Shown: positions 30,661 through 40,072 of the stretch, piece by piece
How the letters are laid out: each line of letters opens with the position of its first letter
Numbering within the stretch: the first letter of the stretch is position 1
NCBI GenBank assembly: GCA_963753595.1
Contig: CAVWCX010000024.1
Coordinates: 123,496-187,495 of the forward strand
Direction of reading: 5' to 3'
DNA: 64,000 bases
From: Candidatus Methanoperedenaceae archaeon
GTDB lineage: Archaea > Halobacteriota > Methanosarcinia > Methanosarcinales > Methanoperedenaceae
Translations under genes and position numbers: made by a program
Notes under the pieces: generated by a model
Database searches by the model: none
Told to the model about the DNA's origin: nothing
What the model saw: the letters and a program-made list of their open reading frames with translations, nothing else

Positions 30661-31104
30661 GTGCTATTCGAACACCTCATCTACTCAACAGCCATAGCAA
30701 TAATAGCCGGAATGCTCTGGTACAAACACACAGGCAGAGACCTGTTCTTGGTCGTAATATCCAGCGTCTATGCACTTGACTTCGATATCTTCACCGGGGA
30801 ACTTTTAAAAAAACTAGCCCTGAACAGCCTCACAACTCCCATCAGGCACGGGGATTTCCACAACATAGCCTTACTGCTGCTTTTCGCTACCGCGGCAACA
30901 TTGGTGCTGAGGTTGGCGGGCATGATGTTCAGGGATTCGTTCCTGTTCGTGGGAATTGGGGTGGAGGCGCAGGTTTTTAAAGAGGCGTTGATTGCGAACC
31001 GAGCATATCGATCTTGCTGGCCGATAACAAGCAAACACAAGGGATTGGGGCAATTTAGCCTACAATGCATGAATATTTTAGTTATGAAAACAAACCTTCG
31101 ATAA
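30661..31104 (+). pseudogene. degenerate membrane metal-dependent hydrolase
   Basis: 'EHLIYS', 'ALDFD' and 'HGDFHN' present; the C-terminal His/Asp motif looks eroded. Confidence 0.5.
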
Positions 31105-31129
31105 AAGCAAATTAACCTAGGATCAAATC

Positions 31130-31780
31130 ATGGAAAAAATAAATGTAATAATTTATGGACAAAGCTCTATTGGAAAAAATATGATATTTGGTGAAAGGGT
31201 TATCATCGGATACCCCACACAAAATATTCTAAAAGAAGCGGCTGCTTCCGGATTGAAAATAAGAAATATGAACTTTAAAGGAGCAGATATCGGGGATAAT
31301 GCCATTATAAGAGCAAATACGACTGTTTATACGGACGTAAAAATTGGAAAAAACTTTCGCACAGGTCACAACGTTATGATCCGCGAGGAAACAAGTATCG
31401 GCGATGATGTTCTAATAGGCACAAATACGATCCTTGATGGGCGTACGGTTATCGGAAACCATGTAAGTATACAGGGAAATGTATATATTCCATTAAATGT
31501 TATCATCGAAGATAATGTTTTTATCGGGCCTTGCGCCGTCCTTACCAATGATAAATATCCTATAAGGACAAAATCCGATCTGAAAGGTCCAACGCTAAGG
31601 TGCGGGGTATCTGTTGGAGCCAATTCTACCATTCTTCCTGGTGTTGAGATCGGGGAAGGGGCAATGGTTGCTGCAGGCGCGCTAGTTACAAAAGATGTAC
31701 CCCCATGGAAACTTGCGATAGGTTTCCCGGCAATATTCAAAGATCTACCAGAAGAACTAAGAACATTAAATAATATTTAA
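31130..31780 (+). CDS. hexapeptide-repeat N-acetyltransferase (WbpD-like)
   Basis: Left-handed beta-helix repeats; 'FIGP.AVLTND.YP' and '[15 protein letters not shown]'. Confidence 0.88.
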   Translation: MEKINVIIYGQSSIGKNMIFGERVIIGYPTQNILKEAAASGLKIRNMNFKGADIGDNAIIRANTTVYTDVKIGKNFRTGHNVMIREETSIGDDVLIGTNTILDGRTVIGNHVSIQGNVYIPLNVIIEDNVFIGPCAVLTNDKYPIRTKSDLKGPTLRCGVSVGANSTILPGVEIGEGAMVAAGALVTKDVPPWKLAIGFPAIFKDLPEELRTLNNI

Positions 31781-31786
31781 ATTATT

Positions 31787-32872
31787 ATGATCCCAATAGC
31801 CAAACCAATAATAGGAGAAGAAGAAACCAGGGCGGTATCAGAGGTTTTAAGATCAGGCGCCATCGCTGAAGGGCAAAAAGTAAAGGATTTTGAGAATGCG
31901 TTTGCAAAATTTTCAGGCACCTCCTTCGCAGTTGCAGTGAATTCAGGAACAGCAGCGCTCCACGCGGCACTTCTTGCCCATGGGATCGGACTCGGGGATG
32001 AGGTTATCACAACCCCGTTTTCGTTCGTGGCTACGGCGAACTCTGTTCTTTTCACTGGCGCAAAACCGGTGTTTGCAGATATCAGGGAAGATACTTTCAA
32101 TATTGATCCGCAAAGTATCGTAGAGAAAATTACGCCGAAAACAAAAGCGATCATTCCTGTTCATCTTTATGGACAATCAGCAGACATGAAAGCTATAATG
32201 GATATTGCAGACGATAAAGATCTTATCGTTATCGAAGATGCCTGCCAGGCTCATGGCGCGACTTTTGAGGGAAAAAGCGTTGGCTCATTCGGCGAAGGCA
32301 CTTTCAGTTTCTATCCCACCAAGAATATGACAACAAGTGAAGGTGGGATAATTACAACAAATGATAAAGATGTTTATGAGAAAGCCAGGATGATCAGGTC
32401 ACACGGTTCAAAACAGCGTTATTTGCATGAAATGCTTGGTTTCAATTTGAGAATGACTGATATTGCCGCAGCTATAGGTTTGGTGCAATTAGGGAAAATT
32501 GGTGATTTCAATAAGGCAAGAATAAATAATGCGCAGTATCTCACCAAAAGCCTTCAGAAAATTGATGGATTGATTCTGCCGCACGTTGATAAAAGATGTA
32601 GGCATGTGTTTCATCAATACACGGTCAGGATAAGAGGCGACCTATCAAGAGACGAGGTTGTATCATCTTTGAATAAGATGGATATTGGGACTGGGATATA
32701 TTACCCATTGCCTATCCATAAACAACCCTATTATAAGGAATTGGGATATAACGATTCGTTGCCAGTTGCAGAATGCGCATCAAAAGAAGTTATATCTTTG
32801 CCGGTACATCCTTCTTTAAATAAGTTAGACATTGACACTATTTCTGGAAAATTGCAGGAAATACTGGGTTAA
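31787..32872 (+). CDS. DegT/DnrJ/EryC1/StrS sugar aminotransferase (WbpE-like)
   Basis: Motifs 'NSGTAALH', 'PVHLYGQ', 'EDACQAHGA' and 'FSFYPTKNMTTSEGG'. Confidence 0.93.
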   Translation: MIPIAKPIIGEEETRAVSEVLRSGAIAEGQKVKDFENAFAKFSGTSFAVAVNSGTAALHAALLAHGIGLGDEVITTPFSFVATANSVLFTGAKPVFADIREDTFNIDPQSIVEKITPKTKAIIPVHLYGQSADMKAIMDIADDKDLIVIEDACQAHGATFEGKSVGSFGEGTFSFYPTKNMTTSEGGIITTNDKDVYEKARMIRSHGSKQRYLHEMLGFNLRMTDIAAAIGLVQLGKIGDFNKARINNAQYLTKSLQKIDGLILPHVDKRCRHVFHQYTVRIRGDLSRDEVVSSLNKMDIGTGIYYPLPIHKQPYYKELGYNDSLPVAECASKEVISLPVHPSLNKLDIDTISGKLQEILG

Positions 32873-33192
32873 CATATTAAACTATATTTCACACGGATAA
32901 ATATTTTTCAAAAAATAATAATTTAAGAAGCTGAAAAAAAAAATGGAATTAGACTGAAACTTAGACACCATCTTCACCATTTGGTTCTGATATGCTTGCC
33001 CTATGGTTGTTTAAGATCGTGTTGGATAAAAAAAATTCCATAATCTGTTTCATATTGTTCTGCCCAGAATCTATCAAGAGCATTCCAATCCATCTTCGTA
33101 TTTCTATTTCGTTTTATTGTTTCCATCATGATACTTACTATAATAATAAAATGTTCTGATATTAGATATACTTTTCTCATGCTTATTTTCAA

Positions 33193-33271
33193 TATCATTT
33201 CCCGAAATAAGTTCCTCAGTCTTAATTTCTTTTACTTTTTGTACTGTTTTCATAAAATTCACCAGTCAAAC
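33193..33271. mobile_element. solo end of an IS481-like element
   Basis: Clear similarity to 18161-18239, including the transposase stop region (cataaaattcacca.tcaaac). Confidence 0.75.
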
Positions 33272-33274
33272 GTT

Positions 33275-33326
33275 GCGACGGCACACCCAATCGCAGCAGA
33301 GCTGCGGGGCATGATTGTGCCGTCGC
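33275..33326. repeat. GC-rich compound palindrome (REP-like)
   Basis: Perfect 11-bp IR GCGACGGCACA/TGTGCCGTCGC enclosing CGCAGC-AGA-GCTGCG. Confidence 0.75.
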
Positions 33327-33432
33327 TTTGTAGTTTTGTTTTCATCAAAAATCCAAAAGCTTCATTTGGCTAAAACCTTCTTTTTCTTCCTTAGTTCCTT
33401 GTTTTTCAACTTAATCTTTTATAATATCAGCT

Positions 33433-34979
33433 CATTGGTCATCGGTTAAGGAATTCTGCTCAATGAATTATCTCAAAAAAGATTGCAGAATTACTCGTTT
33501 TTAGTCAATAGCTTTGGGTTTCCAGTTGAAATAATCGTTATATAGCGAAGCATTTATCGTCTTAGCATGCATATATTACTTAAAAATTCTAATTTTACTG
33601 TATTAAAATTAGAAAGAGGATCAGTAGCATGAAAAAGCCCAAAGAACCAAACACAAAAATCCCATCTTATGACCCCGATATAATTGAAAAAGACCTCTAC
33701 ACACTATTCCCTCCAGAATGGCTGAAACAAGCAGCAAAAGAAACCGGCCTCATAGAAAGAGAGAGAAAAGTGACAGCCGTAGAAATGTTTTGGGTTCTTG
33801 TCAATAGTTATGGTGTTCGCCTTGCAAGAAATCTAGCCTTTGTCAAACGGAATTATGAAAAGTTTTCCAATAAAAAACTGAGCGACAGCAGCTGGTATGA
33901 AAGATTCACACCTGAACTTGTTGCATTCCTGAGGCTATGTGTAACTCATGGAATTGAACAGCTTGCTAAGGAACAAACCAAAGTTCTCAATGAAAAAATA
34001 GCTAAATTCCAGGATGTAATGATACAGGACAGCACAATTATCAGATTGCATAAGTCTCTTGCTAAAAAATTCCCGGCAGCACGTTCCAGAACGGTAGCAG
34101 CTGGCGTTAAAGTGAGTTTGTTGGTAAGTGCCGTGGCAAACAGCCCAAAAAGCATCACTATTCATCCTGAAAGTACAAATGAATTGAAGACTCTGCGAAT
34201 AGGTCCATGGATAAAAGATAGAATTCTTCTTATCGATCTTGGTTTCTACAAACATCTACTCTTTGCTAAAATCAAGGAGAATGGCGGTTACTTCGTGTCC
34301 AGATTGAAAGGAAGTGCGGATCCTCTTATTGTTGATGTGCATAATACGTGTCGGGGGAATAGTATTGATGTGAAAGGGAAATATATCAGTGAAATTCTCC
34401 CCAAGTTAAAAAGACAAGTACTCGATGTTGAAGTTGAGGTCTCATTCAAGAAACCGAATTATAATGGGAAAAGTAAGACAAGAATGGATACTGAACAGTT
34501 CCGATTGGTAGCGGTTTTTAATGAAGATGAAGAAAAGTATCATGTCTATCTTACTAATATTGCAAAAGATGTTTTGGAGGCTGAGGATGTTGCGAAACTC
34601 TATGGAGCAAGATGGGATATTGAACTGATCTTTAAAGAACTGAAAAGCAGATACGCTCTTGATGTTGTGAATACAAAGAACACACAAATTATCGAAGCCT
34701 TTATCTGGATATCGATTCTTACCCTTTTAGTAAGCAGGAGAATATATTCGTTAGTTCGGAAGTATAATCCAAAAGATATTGGTTCTCGTTTTACACAATT
34801 GCGATGGAGTACGATTTTTGCCGAAAATGCTGATAAACAGCTTACTCTGATACTTCGGTATTATGGGATTGAAAGAACTATTCTGACTGTTATGAATGTC
34901 TATTCAAGTCAGGCACTTGATCCCCATGTCAGTAGACATCGGTTCAGGGATGACTGGTGGGCTTAACCGATGACCAATG
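33433..34979 (+). mobile_element. IS4 family insertion sequence (ISH8-like)
   Basis: Perfect 18-bp terminal IRs CATTGGTCATCGGTTAAG / CTTAACCGATGACCAATG; no TSD visible. Confidence 0.92.
33629..34966 (+). CDS. IS4 family transposase
   Basis: 'QDSTII', 'IDLGFY' and the YREK motif 'YGARWDIELIFKELK'. Confidence 0.93.
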   Translation: MKKPKEPNTKIPSYDPDIIEKDLYTLFPPEWLKQAAKETGLIERERKVTAVEMFWVLVNSYGVRLARNLAFVKRNYEKFSNKKLSDSSWYERFTPELVAFLRLCVTHGIEQLAKEQTKVLNEKIAKFQDVMIQDSTIIRLHKSLAKKFPAARSRTVAAGVKVSLLVSAVANSPKSITIHPESTNELKTLRIGPWIKDRILLIDLGFYKHLLFAKIKENGGYFVSRLKGSADPLIVDVHNTCRGNSIDVKGKYISEILPKLKRQVLDVEVEVSFKKPNYNGKSKTRMDTEQFRLVAVFNEDEEKYHVYLTNIAKDVLEAEDVAKLYGARWDIELIFKELKSRYALDVVNTKNTQIIEAFIWISILTLLVSRRIYSLVRKYNPKDIGSRFTQLRWSTIFAENADKQLTLILRYYGIERTILTVMNVYSSQALDPHVSRHRFRDDWWA

Positions 34980-35983
34980 AATACTTATATAATAAAACTA
35001 AATATGGTGTTCTATATAAATATATGATTGTGAAATTCATGTTCATGTTACGGATCTGATGAATCTTCGGTGAGGTTGTAAAGAAATTTTGGTGAAAAGA
35101 GAGTAGTTATAAAAAAATGGCCAAGAAACCACAAGTCAAAGACATAAGATTACTCAGGAAATTCCTGAACAATTTGACACTTACTGTTGCATACCCAAAA
35201 AATAATTTACAGTACTATCCAATATTTCAAATGAAGTGATCAGTATTTTAGGGGATTTTATCAAAAAATATGAGGATAATAGTATGAAATTACGCTGGTA
35301 AATATCCATCTGGCAAATTGTATAAAGGTATAATAATTCGTATCACTTAGCCGCAAGTGGCGAAGTTAAGTATAAGAGTGTGAAATTTGTGTGAGGCATC
35401 CTTAATACCATGTAAATTCATTAAAACATAAGGGCTCCCAGTTCCTCCATGAAACATTTTGTTTATATAATTAGATACTATGGGAGCCCACCTCCGTTTT
35501 TTATGTATCAATTACGATATCGACCGAAGTAAAAAGTTTTCTCGGCTCTGATAATATTTCATGGAGCAAATCTTCTATATGTGTCATATTAGAATAATTG
35601 GCGGCAAGTAGACTCAAGATAATAAAAATGTTGGTTAATGCCATAATTTGGGGGCAAGTTATGAGGTTTCGTCAGGTGCGATTAGAAGCTACAGGCAAAA
35701 AGAAATTAGCGTGTTGATCTCATAAATGCGATATAAACGACGAATCTCTCAGGGCCGGAAGATTCTCTGACTGTATCCTGTCAGATCCTAGATGAAATCA
35801 CATCCTGAAGAGCGTTATAGATTTCGATAATTCTTATGTTTTCCATCTTTTTTAGAGATACAAGAAATGCTCACTTATTCACAACTTTGTTTATAGTTGT
35901 GTGACCTTCAATAACACGTGGTATTTCCCCAACAATAAAGTTAAATATCGGCAATATTATAATGATACTAATGAGGTAAGCAT

Positions 35984-36568
35984 ATGGTTCATTTGAGATT
36001 AGCGATAACATTGTTTTTAATTTTCACGGTTATCACGGCTGGTTGTATAGGTAATGGTGACATAGGCACAGCAATAGAAAAATGGAATAAAGTAGCTGAT
36101 AAGACTCAAGAAATAAGACTTCTGGAAGAACAATTTGAAAAAGCTGTAACGGTTGATAATATTCTAATAGATTCAGAACTTGCAAAAGATACCCCCAATT
36201 TTGAAAAAATACTTCCTATATTAGATAAATGGCAAAAAACGCTTGACGAAGAAAGAAAACATCTCGAAGCAGAAAGTAGCCTTATAAGTGATTTTGCGGG
36301 TGCAACTGCAAACCTTGATGGAGATGCAAAAAGATATGGGGATAGCACGTTAAAAAACATCAGAGAATCGCATAGATATCAGACTTCATCTTTAGATAAT
36401 TATAATCGGGCAATTGAGAGTTTAAGAATGAATTATAAGTCTCTCGATGACAGATATTACCGTCAATATGAACAATATTTAAATGCAGTAGATTCTGATA
36501 ATACAAAATCTGGATTATATACCGATAAAGCAAACGATGACATGAACAAACTGGCGGCACTACAATAA
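35984..36568 (+). CDS. putative lipoprotein, alpha-helical
   Basis: Signal peptide ending in the lipobox 'TAGC'; amphipathic helical body. Confidence 0.7.
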   Translation: MVHLRLAITLFLIFTVITAGCIGNGDIGTAIEKWNKVADKTQEIRLLEEQFEKAVTVDNILIDSELAKDTPNFEKILPILDKWQKTLDEERKHLEAESSLISDFAGATANLDGDAKRYGDSTLKNIRESHRYQTSSLDNYNRAIESLRMNYKSLDDRYYRQYEQYLNAVDSDNTKSGLYTDKANDDMNKLAALQ

Positions 36569-36828
36569 TATTTAAAGGAGAGTTGATTTCATGCGGGGGA
36601 GTGTAACCGTTTTCAAAAGCTAAAAAGATAGGCGCGGTTCGGTCCAGTTTCTATCATTATTTGATCTTTCTTAAATAAAATCTGATTCTATTGAATAGAA
36701 ATCCAATTAAGCGACCAGTCGTTACAATTAAACCGATTTCTAATACTGTTCGGCGCCGCAAATAAAAGAGAAAGACCATCGTAGGGCAGGGTTACAGATT
36801 AATATATTAAGAGCGTGGAATAATACAT

Positions 36829-37674
36829 ATGATGAACCGGGCTGAAATTCAGAAGTTCTTTCTACTCGAAAATGACCCCCAACTATTTGATATCGCCCTT
36901 CGTCCCCGATCATGTGGGGGCGGAGCAGAATTTGAACAGCTCGCCCTGTATGGCGATCTAGTAATTGACATGCATTTGCTCGACTACTTAATAAAAGAAG
37001 ATTTTCAACAGAATGGAGATCTCACGAAGTGTAAGGGTACAATCCACCATATGAATATGATCAAAACATTTGCAGATTATTTGGGCATTTCAGATATTTT
37101 AACTCCATTAGATTCGACATATCACCCTGAAGACAAAGAATTGGCAGAAACAGTGGAGGCCTTAATTGGGGCCGCGTTTAAAGCCAATGATTTAGAGAAA
37201 TGTAAACCCATAATTCTCACATTTGCAAAATTCGCCCAAAAAATACAGGAAACATCACAAAAACAGGGCGAATTTGACATATCAAAAAATTACAAGGGAA
37301 TATTATTTGATTTATTCCAAAAAAAGCATTTAGTTTTGCGCAATATCGAAACAACCCGAATAGGAGGCACGGATAACTCCGCCATCTTCCAATTTGAAGG
37401 CGATATAACTTTCGATGGAATAAAACATGAAATATCCACCAATCCTTGGCCAACAAAGATATTAGCCGAACAGGAAGCCGCATATCATGCTCTTCTCGCC
37501 ATTACTGTCAATAATGCAGAATATCCAAAGTTCGATCCTAGAAGGGACGATATGCCAGCATCACAAGAAAAAACGGTGCATCCTACAACATCCATCGATA
37601 ATGAAGAACTTATTTTCCGTAAACCTGCTCCCCATAAAATATCAATGGAAGTGAATCAGAACACTGGTGAGTAA
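36829..37674 (+). CDS. ribonuclease III-family protein with a dsRBD-like region
   Basis: Nuclease motifs 'FEQLALYGD' and 'LAETVEALIGA'; dsRBD pattern 'NYKG.L...' to 'TK..AEQEAA..AL'. Confidence 0.75.
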   Translation: MMNRAEIQKFFLLENDPQLFDIALRPRSCGGGAEFEQLALYGDLVIDMHLLDYLIKEDFQQNGDLTKCKGTIHHMNMIKTFADYLGISDILTPLDSTYHPEDKELAETVEALIGAAFKANDLEKCKPIILTFAKFAQKIQETSQKQGEFDISKNYKGILFDLFQKKHLVLRNIETTRIGGTDNSAIFQFEGDITFDGIKHEISTNPWPTKILAEQEAAYHALLAITVNNAEYPKFDPRRDDMPASQEKTVHPTTSIDNEELIFRKPAPHKISMEVNQNTGE

Positions 37675-37942
37675 TGTGAATCGCAAGACTAAGGAAAATG
37701 TCTTTGGCATGTTGACCCTGCTCAGTGCCCGGCTCGACACCGTAAGTGGAGCATCTTGGACTTGCGAATTCTCTTCAGGTGTGTTGGTCCTCATAAATTT
37801 GAAACTGGGGGAACAGAATTGTTTTGCACTTGGATTTGGGCCGTCAAATACAAAAGCCCGAAAAGCCGCAGGAGAAAACATGCTAATGAAAGTAGACCTT
37901 ACCGAATGGATTGAGAAACACTATCCGAATCATAAAATTTGA
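37667..37942 (+). CDS. dsRBD-like protein, probably the split C-terminus of the RNase III gene
   Basis: 'ALGFGPSNTKARKAAGENML' matches the dsRBD G.G.s...A...AA motif; overlaps the upstream stop. Confidence 0.5.
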   Translation: MSNVNRKTKENVFGMLTLLSARLDTVSGASWTCEFSSGVLVLINLKLGEQNCFALGFGPSNTKARKAAGENMLMKVDLTEWIEKHYPNHKI

Positions 37943-37979
37943 CCATATTTAATTCGGGGGCTGAATAAACCTTTTGCAA

Positions 37980-38402
37980 TTACAAAATTCTTGATACATC
38001 GCGCCTACGTCTAAGAATTTGCCTGATAAGGTCTTTCTCTTCTTCGTTAGCGCATTCTTTTATGAGATCATCCAGAGTGTGGGATTTTTCCTCTACATTA
38101 AATTCCTCGAACAGATAGTCATAGCAAGCCCAGGCTTTACAGCAAGCGCATTCATCATTAAAACTTAGACAGCGTTCGCCCCAATATTTTATCATCCATT
38201 CTTTAACCCTCTCTGCTATATACCCACTGCAATTTTCGCACTCCCAGTACTCTGTATCCTTTCCTGTTAGCGAAGTTCCAAGAGTTTTTGAAAAAAAATA
38301 CTTTTCAGGGATTACGTTTCCTTTTTTAAGTTTGACATCAAATTTACAGCCACAGACAGCACATTCCAGGTCCTTTAATACTTTATTTGTCATAAACGTC
38401 AC
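37980..38402 (-). CDS. Cys-rich hypothetical protein (putative zinc-binding)
   Basis: CAVC, CENC and C..FNDECACCKAWAC; overlaps the upstream gene by 4 bp. Confidence 0.6.
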   Translation of the reverse strand: MTFMTNKVLKDLECAVCGCKFDVKLKKGNVIPEKYFFSKTLGTSLTGKDTEYWECENCSGYIAERVKEWMIKYWGERCLSFNDECACCKAWACYDYLFEEFNVEEKSHTLDDLIKECANEEEKDLIRQILRRRRDVSRIL

Positions 38403-38698
38403 ATCTCAGCCAGGTTTTTCAGCACGCTGTCGTTTTCACGCATGGAATCTTCCAAGAGCCTTTGTTCATCGAAAGATAAAGAGCTCGTCTTTACATTCTT
38501 ATCATCAACACTGATATAAAGAGGCTCATCCAGAGCGTCCACTCCTGAAATGGAGAGGCCAATAACGTTACCCTCCATATCGACTTTTACCATAACTGCA
38601 TCATTCTCAGTGTCCCTGAAGTATCCAGGTTTTTTTTCAAACATGACCTCAAGGAAGTCAGCTTCTTTATCGTACCAGATCTTAATCTCTTTTTTCAT
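38399..38698 (-). CDS. DUF2283 family protein (putative antitoxin)
   Basis: 'IWYDKEADFLEV.F' and 'V.VD.EGNVIG..I'. Confidence 0.8.
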   Translation of the reverse strand: MKKEIKIWYDKEADFLEVMFEKKPGYFRDTENDAVMVKVDMEGNVIGLSISGVDALDEPLYISVDDKNVKTSSLSFDEQRLLEDSMRENDSVLKNLAEM

Positions 38699-38728
38699 AT
38701 AACTCAGTTTATTTTAACTGCAATTCTT

Positions 38729-38935
38729 TTAGCTTTTGATATGTTCTTCCTTCTTTGCTCTAAGGTACAAGTAATTTAAGTCCATTCTGCTATAATAATA
38801 TCGAAACATAAACTCTGCTTGTTTACAGTCTTTATCGGACTTCCAATGTACACAAGCATTCAGACGGTCTATTATTAAGTCTTTAAGACTTAATAAGTCT
38901 TCGGGATATTCAGGCAGGGCAGCAGACTTAACCAT
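38729..38935 (-). CDS. hypothetical protein
   Basis: 68-aa ORF preceded by an AGGAG RBS, co-oriented within a run of small genes. Confidence 0.45.
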   Translation of the reverse strand: MVKSAALPEYPEDLLSLKDLIIDRLNACVHWKSDKDCKQAEFMFRYYYSRMDLNYLYLRAKKEEHIKS

Positions 38936-38968
38936 AATCTCCTATATATTTAGGTATTTCAATTTTCT

Positions 38969-39622
38969 CTAAGTATCATTTTTTCCTGCAAAAATTATAT
39001 AGTATTTATCAGCACTTTCTAATGTTTTTCTTATGAATTCCTTTTGTTCATCTTTAAATTTTGAGAGTGTTTTTACGAAAAAGTGTATTTCTTCCTTTGT
39101 AGGCCTAAAAGAGTGATATTCGGTTGTTATTTCGTAATTCAATGTTTTTAAAGCATTAACTATTTCATCGTTTACATTTTGTTTTCTTTCTCTGTTTGCG
39201 ATAATGAGGGTTCCTTTAGGATTCAATAAGTCATTAAGTTTTGAAATTGTTTTGCAAATATCCTCAATATGATTAAATACATCTTTTGAAATTATGACCT
39301 CATAATCAGGCAGATTAATTGATGAAATATCACCAACATAAAAATCGCAGTTTGGATAATTGATTTTTGCTTTTTCAATCATTTGGCTAGATATATCAAT
39401 GCCATCTATCTTTGAATTAGGGACATTATCAGATATAAATTTGCAAAGTAAACCAGTTCCGCAGCCAAAATCAAGAATGGAATACGACTTATTTTTGTCT
39501 AAACGAGAAGTTATTTTCCTAAAGATTTCTTGGGTGTATTTGGGTCTCGTTTTGTCCCAATTTGCAGACAAGTCATCATAGAATTTGTCTATTTCAAATT
39601 TATTTTCTGACATATTCGTCAT
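38969..39622 (-). CDS. class I SAM-dependent methyltransferase
   Basis: Motifs 'ILDFGCGTG', 'GIDISSQMIEKA' and 'LNPKG.L'. Confidence 0.9.
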   Translation of the reverse strand: MTNMSENKFEIDKFYDDLSANWDKTRPKYTQEIFRKITSRLDKNKSYSILDFGCGTGLLCKFISDNVPNSKIDGIDISSQMIEKAKINYPNCDFYVGDISSINLPDYEVIISKDVFNHIEDICKTISKLNDLLNPKGTLIIANRERKQNVNDEIVNALKTLNYEITTEYHSFRPTKEEIHFFVKTLSKFKDEQKEFIRKTLESADKYYIIFAGKNDT

Positions 39623-40072
39623 AAGAATATCATTCCTTTTATAATTTTTGTCTTGTTCGTTCAGACGTTAATTCGTCTCCGGGATATTCAGATAAGGCAT
39701 GGCCTTGAACTGCTCCTTTGCTTCCTTATCCATTGTAGTTCTGCATATTTTTCAAATGTGGAGAAAAGGAGTGGAACCCTTGAATCACTGCTGAAACAGA
39801 TATTGAGTCTTGCACCCGCGCCAGAGTGGGGATGGATGCCTGATACTGAAATGATAAAATAATTCATACCAGTAGGGAATCATCCATGGAGATCATAGAG
39901 AAATAGGCGAACAAAAGTATTAATAAGAATTATTGGAGTAATGAGGTAATAATAACATGCCCGATTTAGAGGTAATATATCAAAATCAATTATAAATAAC
40001 ACACTTTATTTGATTTATATATTACCAAAACGTACTGAGGATTGCAGCCCCTTATCAAATAAGAAAGAAAAA

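Noticed and set aside
36602-36796. TGTAACC...GGTTACA-bounded 195-bp segment as a MITE
   Set aside because: Only 7 bp of IR, no TSD and no second copy
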